From a virus: DNA of 64,000 nt. The first letter of the stretch is position 1, and each line of letters begins with the position of its first letter. The stretch lies in IMG/VR virus record IMGVR_UViG_3300004807_000021, positions 10,712 through 74,711 of that record; one strand, 5' to 3'. The position numbers and the translations under genes were made by a program. Shown in pieces: positions 47,201 through 59,200 of this stretch. The notes beneath the pieces were generated by a model, which searched no databases, had not been told where the DNA came from, and saw only the letters and a list, made by a program, of their open reading frames with translations.

Positions 47201-50200
47201 ACCAAGAAAATATCTTGATACAACACTGATTTCTCCACAAAATGTAATACAAGGTCATGATGGCAGTATTGTCTTGGCTTACAATGACTACCGAGATGAT
47301 ATACTATTAGAATTAGAAAAAAGAATTTTTAATAACATTAAAGTTGAATACGATCCAACAATCTTTGATCTTACAGATATTATTCCTAGTTACAATAGAG
47401 ATACACCTTATTCTAAAAAAGAATTTGATAGTGTGTTATCTACTAATTTTTATAGTTGGATTGGGTTAGTCGGTAAGGATTTATCAACTCCATTGAATTA
47501 CGATAGAACAAATAGTTTTACTTATAATTACTCGCTAAACTCTGCTCCCAACGGTACTTCTTTACCAGGCTACTGGAGAGGTGTGTATAAATGGTTGTTG
47601 GACACAGATAGACCTCATTTGTGCCCTTGGGAAATGCTAGGATTTTCAGTAAGACCGACTTGGTGGACAAAGTTATATGGAGACGCTCCTTATACTAGCG
47701 ATAACATTCCTATGTGGACTGATATTGCAAACGGCGTAATAAAAGCACCGGGAGTTCCAGCAACTGTAAATGCAAAATATGTAAAACCATTTTTAATCAA
47801 ACACATACCAGTAGATAGCTCTGGAAACTTAATTAGTCCACAGGCTTCCGGTTTAGCATCGGGCCTTGTGCAACCAAACATTGATAATAATTTTGTGTTT
47901 GGAGACGTGAGTCCTGTAGAAAATGCTTGGACCCGTAGTAGTTATTATCCTTTTAGTGTAATTTCAACTGCAATATTACTTAATCCTGCAAAAACTTTTG
48001 GATTGATATTAGACAGACATAATATTATTCGAAATCTAGCCAATCAATTGATTTATAAGCCAACTGGATTACGTATCAAACCAGCAGATATTATTTTACC
48101 ATCAATTTATTCTAGTATTACTCGTGTACAAACAGCCGGCCTCGTTAACTATGTTGTAGATTTAATTTTTAATTATATTTTTAGTAATGACATAGCAGGG
48201 TATAATAGCTATTTGTTTGATTTGCAAAACATGACTCCTCGACTTGGATATCGTGTAGGAGCATTTACAAATCAGGCTCAATTTAATATATTATTAGAAT
48301 CTAAAACTCCTAGTAGTACTGGTAACGTGTTTATACCAGTAGAAAATTATAAAGTTTTTCTTAATAAATCATCAACTGTAAAAAAATTAGTTTATAGTGG
48401 AGTTATTATTACCAAACTATCTACTGGTTTTGAAATTAAAGGATATAGTTTAACACAACCTTACTTTAATTATTATCAATATAATGGTTCAGGAGCCACC
48501 ATAAATGTAGGCGGAATCAGCGAAAGTTATGCAGAGTGGACTGTTGGTCAACAATACATTGCAGGTACCGTAATATTATACAATGGAAAGTACTACAGAG
48601 CATTAGCTAATTTCACAGCATTAAGTACATTTAATTCTCAAGTACTAGCATCATTACCTTCATTGCCTATGACTGGAGGAGCTACAGCAACTTTGCGCAA
48701 TTCATGGGATAAAGAAACAACTACAGTTGCTCCTTATGGTACATTATTTGCCACCGTGCAACAAGTAGTAGACTTTTTGTTAGGCTACGGTGAGTGGTTA
48801 AAAGATCAGGGATTTGTATTTGATAATTTTAATAACAACTTAGGCACTGTGTCTAACTGGGAAACAAGTGCAAGAGAATTTATGTTCTGGACTACACAAA
48901 ACTGGAGTACAGGACACGACAAGTGGGAAGACTGGGAACCAAATAAATCTTACAAATACGCAACTATTGTTCGATATGACGGTGATTATTATAGTGCTTT
49001 ACAAAATATCCCATTAACTAACGAATTTGAATTCACAAAATGGAATTTATTATCGGGCCTCAACGTAGAAGGCGCAAGTGTAATTAGTTTAAGCCCTAGT
49101 GCAAATACTATTAATTTTAATACAGTATTATCTGTAGTGGACAGTATTACTAACGGTTTTAATTCATACGAGATTGTTAAAGTTAATGGAACACCGTTTG
49201 ATGTACAAAATCTTGATAGTTATAGACAAGAAAATACTGTAAGTTATACTCCAAGAAACAGTGACGGCATCTATGGTGCAAGTTTTTATCTAGTACAAAA
49301 TGAACACGTAATTGTTATAGATAATAAAACAATTTTTAATGATGTCATTTATAGTCCAACAACTGGTTACAGACAAGAAAGATTAAAAATATCAGGCTAC
49401 ACCACAACCGATTGGTATGGTGGTCTTGATATCCCAGGATTTATTTTTGATAGTGCTGTTGTAAAAGAATGGCAACCTTGGCAAGATTATAATATTGGGG
49501 ATATTGTAAACCATCACAGTTATTATTATTCTGCAAATGCGTTCATAGCTGGATCCGCTGTTTTCAATTCTTCAAATTGGAAAAAATTAGATAAAAAACC
49601 AACACCGGCTATTATTCCTAACTGGACTAATATTGCTACACAGTTTACAGATTTTTATAGCCTAGAAGTTGATAGTTTCGATGCTCCTCAACAACAAATG
49701 GCTCAGCACTTAATAGGATATCAAAAACGTCAATACTTGAATAATATTATTCAAGACGATGTTAGTGAATTCAAATTTTATCAAGGCATGATCCGAGACA
49801 AAGGTACTCAGAATGTTCTTAATAAATTGTTTGGTGTCTTAAATTCTGAAAATAAAGAAAGTCTAACTTTTTATGAAGAGTGGGCTATTCGAGTATCGCA
49901 ATACGGTGCTAGTAAAGCATTTGAGGATATTGAATTTGTATTAGATCAGGCAAAATACAATATTAATAATCCTCAAGGAACAGTACTGATAAAACGAGTT
50001 GATCCTACAATAAATCCATTTATTATTCAACTTACTCCTAATGACATTTACGTCAAGCCTCACGGATATAATTCAAGACCTTTCTTAGAATTAAAGACAA
50101 CAGTAGATTCTGAAAACGGTCCAGTTGCTATTAATCAGTTTTTAAGAAGTGCAGGTTACGTTGATAATACAGATGTATTTGTATCTATTGGCCAGTTAAA

Positions 50201-53200
50201 AGATCTAACAGGGCAGTCGGCATCTTCAATTGTTGTTGGATTAAGTTATAAAATTTCAACAGTTGGTACAACCGATTTTACACAAATAGGTGCTAGTGCT
50301 AGTACAGTTGGCACTACATTTGTTGCTACTGGAACTGGAACTGGAACTGGAACAGTGGTTTTAGATATTTCACAAATAAATGAAGGTGCATATTTCTGGT
50401 GTGCATTTGATGGTGCAAATAGTTGGAACGTTTATAGATTTACAGATATAAATTTGAATGTAACAAATGTAACTTACAACAAAACCACGCATACTCTTAC
50501 ACTAACAACACAATATGAGACATCATTGAAGGTTGGGACTTATATAGGCATAGGACAGTCTGAATCTATTCAGGGCTTTTATAAAATTGACAGTATTACA
50601 TTAAACAACATTAATATTATAGCCCCTGGATTATCGGTACCTTCGCCTTTTACTGATTTAGATAATTTAACAGTCTATACATTGTTATCTCAACGTACTG
50701 GGTATATTGATACTATAGATAATATTCTTCCTGCTAGATTAGAAGATGGCAATATTGTATGGACTGATTATGCTAGTTCTGATATCAATAGCGGTTGGGC
50801 AACTTGGAAATATAAAAAAGTTTATCAATCTACTACGAAAAATTCACCTGTAGTTGGTGCCGGAATAAATTTTGCTCAGTTTATTGCTGTAAGTAAAAAC
50901 GGAAATACAGCCGCGGTGTCTGTTGGAACATCGCAAATTGCCACTTATGACAAAGTGTCAACAGCAGTTCCTTGGACACAGCGACAGTTAATACAACCGC
51001 CATTCAACAGTGTAGGTTCACCAGCATCAGCAACCGTAATTAGTACCGCGGCAGTTAGTCCTGATGGAACATGGTTGGCTACTGGAAGTCCTACATCGGG
51101 TTCTTCTAGCACATACTATATTGGAGTATATTCTCCTGCAACTGTATATGCTGTTAACACTATCGTGTCTTACAACAGTATACTTTATCAAGCATTGTTC
51201 CCAGTGCCTGCCGGAAATACACCAAATCAAAACAGTGTTTTCTGGAATCAAATTTTTTACACACCTATATCTGATACATCCACTTACAATACTGGAGTAA
51301 CAGCAAATGGTATGATAACGCTGTATCAAAAAGATGCAAACAATATCTATCAGATAGTTGATTCTATTCTAAGTCCAGTTATTTCAAATGAAAAATTTGG
51401 ATCTGCTATTGTATTTGATTCAAGCAATATGTATGTAAGTGCTCCTGCCTATAACAATAACACTGGAAGAGTTTATCAATTTTCGTATACAACTACCCCG
51501 CAAGTAACGTCAATTTACGACGAAGTTAATAGTACAGGCACTGTATTAAAATTACAATCTACTGCTGGAATATCTGCTGGAATGATAATTTCTGGTAATG
51601 ATATCTTTGGAAATTCTGCTTTTAATTCCGATCAAGTAGTTGAATATGTTCTTACAAGATTATTGTTTTCACCAGCTATAGACACAACTGGGAAAGAAGT
51701 AATTAATACTGTTTATAATACTAGTTCAACACAAATAAATGTTTCTAGTATCCTATCAGGCGCTACTGTTTCTCTATATAATAGTTCATATGCTTACAGT
51801 ATTCCAAACTTAACAGTATCGTCAACAGGATTGACGTCAATTAACCAGTTGGTCACTACACATACGTTGTCTAGCGGTGGCGTTACTGGCACAAATACAT
51901 TTATTTTAACAACAACTGTATCTGACATAGCTGTTGGATATCTCATTGTTGGTTATGGATTACCGCCAAGCAGTTATGTTGGCGCAATATCAAGTGTCGG
52001 TGCGCCCGCCAAAACACAAATTACTGTAGTAGATTCGCAAGGTGCATCTAGGGCTATACAAAATTTTATAGCAACAGGTACTGGAACGTATGCTTTTTAT
52101 AAAATTATAAATTACAATTTTGTTGAAATAAAAGGTCAAAAAGATCTTGTAACTAATTCATCGACCTTACCAATTACTCGAGTAACATTTGGTAGTACAA
52201 GTTTTCCTAACGGAGATCCTACTTTAACCTTTAATATAAGTTCTACATACGTTCAGAGTAGTAAAGCTGTAATTTTATCATCTGCACCTGATTTAACTCC
52301 AAATGGAAGTTTAACATTCTCATCAGTTGGATGGTCATATACTCGATCATTTGCTGGCGATACAGTTAATAGTTATTTTGGATCTCAGTTAGCATTGAGT
52401 CGAGATGGTAGCACATTAGCAGTGTCAGCAATAGGCGGTTCTGTAGGAAAAGTTTATGTGTATCAAGCAGGAGTCTTAATACAGACCTTGACAGGATTTT
52501 TACCAACATTCGGTCAAGGAATTACAGTATCAGATGATGGAACATATATTGCTGTAAGCGATAACACCACTGGAGTTTCTAATATAAATCAACGAGGCAG
52601 TGTTGGTGTTTATCAACTGTCATCAAACAACACGTATCAATTAGTTTCAAACCTAGTACCGCACACTCCTGAAACAAATGGAGAATTTGGTACTTCGATC
52701 TCCTTCATGAATGACTACAAGACACTAGCAGTTTATAGTCGTTATGGATCTAGTACAACAACAACTACTTTTGATAAAACTTCTGTAGCAACTACTTTTG
52801 ATAAAAAATCTACCAATTTTATTACCACACAGATTGCCAGCGGACGGGTCGATGTGTATGATAGATATAATGTAAATTGGGTTTACAGTGAAAGTTTACC
52901 TCACACATTTGATTTTACTAGCGGCTATGGCCAAGGATTGTCAGTGGGCGCAAATAATATATTTGTTGGGGCACCACTATTAACAGTTGGTACAGCAGGA
53001 GCTCAGGGACTATTAACAATTTATTCAAAAGATCCAAATGCAGTATCGTGGACTATAGATAAAACACCTGTGCCTATAGCCGATGTATCAAAAATTAAGA
53101 AAGCATTTTTGTATAGCAGATCAACAAATAAATTATTAACTTATATTGATATAATTGATCCTTTACAGGGAAAAATTGCTGGACCTGCTGAGGAAGAATT

Positions 53201-56200
53201 AAAATATAAAACATTTTACGATCCAGCAACATATTCATACAGTAATGGATCTGCATCCGTAACAGTTAATTCTAGCGGATTCTGGTCTACAGAACAACAG
53301 GGACAACTATGGTGGAATCTGTCTACAACAAAATTTGTAGTTCCATATTTTCCAAATCCAATATATAGAAATAACACTTGGAATACATTGGCCACTGGCG
53401 CGAGTGTGGATATTTACGAATGGGTTACTACACCTTTATTACCAAGTCAGTGGGATGCACAATCATCTACACCTGCTGGACAATCACAAGGTATAACTGG
53501 AACAACGCTATACGGCGATAGTGCATATTCTGTAACTAAAACATATAATAGTGTAACTAAAACATTTAAGAATACCTATTACTATTGGGTTAAAAATAAA
53601 ACCACAGTTCCAGATGTTCCAGGACGACACATTTCTGCTCAAGATGTTTCAAGTTTAATTTCTAATCCAAGGGGGCAAGGTTATACCTATCTAGCGTTGA
53701 TGGGCACAGATTCTTTCAGTCTTGTAAATGTGTACGGTTATCTAAAATCAACAGATACTGTACTAGCAGTAGAATATTGGACTACAGATAAAATACATCA
53801 AAATATCCATAGTCAATGGAAACTAATCAGTGCAGATACTATTGTACAACTGCCAAAAACAATTAAAGAAAAATGGATCGACAGTCTATGCGGAGTCGAT
53901 GTAACAGGACGAGCAGTTCCTGATGTACTGTTACCTCCGAAATTAAAATACGGTGTTGAAAATAGACCACGCCAAGGTATGTTTGTAAATCGTGTTGAAG
54001 CATTGAAACAATTTATAGAAGCAGTAAATTTGATTTTATTAAAAAATCAAATCGTCGATAATTATAATATTGAAGATTTGTATAAAGTAGATCCACCGCC
54101 AAACATTATATCTGGGTCGTATGACAAAATAGTAGATACAGATGCAGATTTGTCATACTCGATCAATTTGTTTATAAGACCCGAGTTGGCTCCTATCATA
54201 GTTAATGGTAGAATTACTGGTATTACTATTATTTCAACAGGGCGTGGTTATATTCAACCGCCTTATATAACTATTTCTGGTTCAGGTAAAGATGCTCTAG
54301 TAAGAGCTAATATTGATACTAATGGAAGAATACAATCTGTAACTGTGCTAGCAGGCGGAATAGGCTATGATGATTCGACAGTTGCCACTGTTCGAGACTA
54401 TTCTGTACTTGTACGCAGTGATAGTCAAGCTAGTAATTCTTGGAGCATTTATTCTTTTGATCCTACCTATAAAGATATGACTGGTAGTATTGTAGGACGT
54501 TGGAGTCGATCAGCAACACAAGCATATGATGTAACGCAGTACTGGACTAAAGTTGATTGGTATGCCAGCGGATACAATCAGTTTACTGCGGCAGATTATT
54601 CTGTTCAATTATTTGTGGATTTGAATTTCTTAAATGCTCAGATTGGTAACATTGTAAAAGTTTCAATGGCAACATCGACACAGTGGATGTTGTTAGAAAA
54701 ATATGCAAATTCTAACTCTGTAGATTGGACACAATCTTATCGAGTCGTTGGAATTCAAGCTGGTACAATTCAGTTCAATTCTACAGTATATCAAACAAGT
54801 TTCTCCGCAGTTGGCTATGATGCAGATACGTATGATACTGGTGCATACGATATCAAAGCCGGTACTGAATTGCGAATTATTCTTAGTACTTTACAAGATA
54901 AAATCCTAATTGGGGATCTATATAAAAATTATTTAGATTTATTTTTTAGAAGTATACGTTATGCACATAGTGAACAGCCTTATATTGACTGGGCGTTCAA
55001 AACTAGTTTTGTCAGAGCCACTCATAATGTTGGCGGATTTACACAACCTGTTTATTATCCTGTAGATAATCTTAGCAATTTCCAAGACTACATAGCTGAA
55101 GTTAAGCCCTATAGAACAAAAATTAGAGAGTATATAAGTCAATATACAAATACTAATACTCCTGATGTTAGTTCTACAGCAGTCACTGACTTTGATTTAC
55201 CTGCTGATATTAAAAATAGTTCATTAAGTATTATTAATTCATTTGTGGTTGATGGAAAAATATCTTCAGATTCTCCAGAAGTTCAAGTGTACCCTTGGAA
55301 ATTCTGGTTAGACAATGTTGGATTCCAAGTTATTGATTTGAAAATTGTTTCAGGTGGTAGCGGATATGTAACACAACCCCAGGTGATATTTACAAGTACA
55401 AGTGGCAGTGGAGCATCTGCGCAGGCGTTTTTTACAAATGGCGTTGTTAACAGAATTATACTGCTTACTAAGGGATCTGGATATTTAGAAGCTCCAACAG
55501 TATCTATAGTTGGAGGATTGAGTACGACCGGAACACCTGCAACAGTAGTGGCCATATTAGGCAATAGTGTTGTTAGATCCAACTTAACTGGAATTAAATT
55601 CGATCGTATCAGTTACAAGCCTTATATTTCTAAAATTGAAGAAACTATTGAATTACCGGGATCTGGATCTTTGTTATCGTATGAGTTACCGTGGCCACCA
55701 GATTTGCGTACTAACAAGTCTTCGATAACAGTATTGAATAAAAATACTAATCAAAGCTATCCTTTGCTACCAGAAGATTATTCGTTGTCTCAAATTAAAA
55801 ATAAAATAAATGGTGAAACACAATACTCGGGAATTATAACTTTTGTAAAACCTCTTGCGGCAAATGTAATTGCTACCTTATCTTATGTAAAAGATACATC
55901 TGTATTAAATTCTATTGACAGGATCAATTTTAATTATAATCCTATCAGCGGAATGGTAGGTAAAGAATATAATCAACTAATGTTAGGTGTTGACTACGGC
56001 GGAACCATTGTTGGCAATTTAGGATTTACTGCTGGCGGTGGATGGAGTGAACAACCATACGGTACAGACAAGTGGGATTCATTTGATCCAACTTTTACTG
56101 ATTATACAGTTACTGAACCCGCAGTTCCTACGACTTCAAATCCTATTAAAACAACATGGACGTTGCCATATGTTCCGGCTAGCGGAACTGCTATTAACGT

Positions 56201-59200
56201 TTACTGGGGTCAGTATACAGAAATTGTTGAATACGGCGACGGAGTGAATAAAATATTTCCGTTTAATTTCTTTTTATATCCAACAGTTTTCTTGGCAAAC
56301 AATGCATCTGCACAAAGTTCAACAGTTCAAACAAAATATTCTGCAAATGCTAATGGTACTAATTATCCTATAAGCACCACAACTGTAGCTGTAGCAACGG
56401 GTGTAGGCGGAGCTTCCGGACAGTCTACTATAATAGTTGATTTTCCTTCTAATATTTTTGCCGGACAATTTGTATCAGGTATTGGTGTTCCTTATAACAC
56501 TACAGTTGTATCAGTTACCGGAACTCAAATTATTCTAAGTAATAATCTTACTGTAGCCGCAGTTGGCCAATCCTACTCTTTCTTTGTATTAGGAACGGTT
56601 CTAACGCTTGGATCTACTTCTGGATTAACTGTTGGACTTGGACTTGTAGGCACAGCATTTAATACACAAACAATATCTAAAATAATAGATGCAACTACAA
56701 TTATTCTCAATCGTGCTCCTGACATTATTCCAGTTGCCGGTGATGTTATTGCGTTTGTTACCAACGCTGCCGGAAGTAGTATATTAACAGTTAATAACAC
56801 TTCGTTGATACAAGTAGGCGATTCAGTTTATACAACAAACACAAACTATCTAACGGCATTTGGAATTACAGTTAAAGTAAAAAGTATAGATTCAGCCACT
56901 CAACTGACACTTGATCAAATTTTATATCTAAATATTGCAGATGGTATTAACATAGTTTTTAGACGAGACCAATCAATTCCAAAAGATTTTACAAGTCCAA
57001 CTAATGTTATTCAATTTGCTATTGCTCCATCTAGCGGTACAGAAGTGCATATAATTGGCCAATTTGATCCTATAAGAATAGATGCGGGGGATTATGATGA
57101 TGTTTCTGGATCTAGTCCTACTAATCCTTATGCGGTTATGCAAACTATCTATGCTAACGGTCACGATGGTGTAGTATCAGTGCCGGCAGGTATAGCACAC
57201 GCTAGTGATAGTTTTATATTTAGACAAGAAACTAGCGACGGTTCTATTGCTCCTGCAGATAGAGACACAGATATTTCTGGAGGAGATTTAGCTTATACCA
57301 CAGCTAGTGGAATAGCGGCAGATGATATTATATTAGACGGTGACGGCCTAGTTACTCCAACAAGTAGTCCTGCTCCTGAAGAAGTTGTACCAGGACAAGT
57401 TGTTGATACTCTTGCTATTAAAGTTTTTGACAGACCATCACAGGGTTCTGCTCGCATAAAAGTAGACAATTATATTGCTGACGGATCTAGAACAAACTAT
57501 ACAATTGGTCAACAACCAGTTACAGTTAATAGCATTTTGGTTAAAGTTACCGGTACAAATGGTAATTTGGGTATTCAAACATTGAATACCGACTATACAA
57601 TTGACTATGAAAACAGTGCCATTAATTTTGCAGTAGCACCTTCTAATAGCTCTATAGTAACAATCTTTAATATAGGATATGCTGGAGAAAATATTTTAGA
57701 TTTAGATTATTTTATCGGCGACGGAATAACAACAGAATTTATTACCCAAGCACCGTGGCTTGATAATTTTACTGCTACTGTGTTTGTTGATGGTGTGCCA
57801 GCGCAAGTTCAGTATTTCCAAACAGACAGCAATTATGTATTAGTTAAATCTGTAGGAATTAGATTTATTAATCCGCCTGCGCTTAATACTGTAATCAATT
57901 ATATTGTTGTTAGCGGATCAGAACAGACATTTGCCATCACAAATACTGAAAGGATTAGTACAAACGGATCGACTACATATCAATTGCAAAATTTAATTGG
58001 CAATTTATTACCAAATGAAACTTACATGATTGTAAGGGTTGACCAGCAGATTCTACCAGCCCCAGTTAATAGTTATTTTACAGTAGGAAGTAACCAATTT
58101 ACTTATACGTTAAATTCAAATAAAATTCCTCCCTATTCAATCAATGCATCTAGCATATCAGTTTTGGTAGGAAATAATTTATTATTAGCAGGAAGAGATT
58201 ATACTGTAGATTTAAGTGTAGTTAGCATCACAATTACAACTACCGCCTATACAGTGTATCAAGGAAAAACACTTGTAGTTAGTGTGCTATTACCAAACGG
58301 CTACACATACAATGCTAGTACAAGACAAATTACTTTTGCGCAATCCTATGATAGTTCTCATATCGTAGAAGTATTAACATCATATGAACATGATTCAGTT
58401 GACCTTGAAAGAACAGAAGTTATTGTTGAAAGTAATTCAACACTAGTAGCTAACAGTCCAGTCTATTACTCTATAACTGGAGTTTCGGGAGGATTAATTA
58501 CACTTGAAAGATCTGTTATAGATGAAAATTATATATGGGTTACAAAAAATTCAACACTTCTAGTTCCAGGAGTAGACTACAGATTAAATGACGATAGAAT
58601 TACAGTTCAACTGGCAATTATTCCTACTTTATCCGATGTGTTTGAAGTGTTAACTTATGGCACTAATGTGTTAACAACAGGAATTGCCTACGTACAATTC
58701 AAAGATATGACTAACAAAACATCGTTTACTCGATTAAGTTTGAAGAAACGAACAACATTGGCACAAGATTTATTATGGACAGACACTAGTATAGTACTGA
58801 CAGATGCATCCAACTTCCAAGTTCCAAGTACAGATAATAAAATTCCAGGTATTATTGAAATACAGGGCGAACGTATACAATATTACGCAAAAAATGGTAA
58901 TGTATTAAGTCAATTACGCAGAGGCATTTTAGGAACTGGAATTGCAAAATCAAATCCTGCTGGAACGTATGTTCAAGATATAAGTTCTAGTGAGACTATT
59001 CCTTATAAAGATACAATCACTGTTCAGACAATTATTGCTGACGGATCAAATTTTGTTTCTGTAGATTTTGTGCCAGTGCGCGGATCTACAACAGACACTA
59101 CAGGAATATTAGAATGGTTTGCTCAGCGAGGTTATACATATATTGGTACATTTAATAATTCACAATCATACAATATCAATGATGTAGTAGTGTACAATGG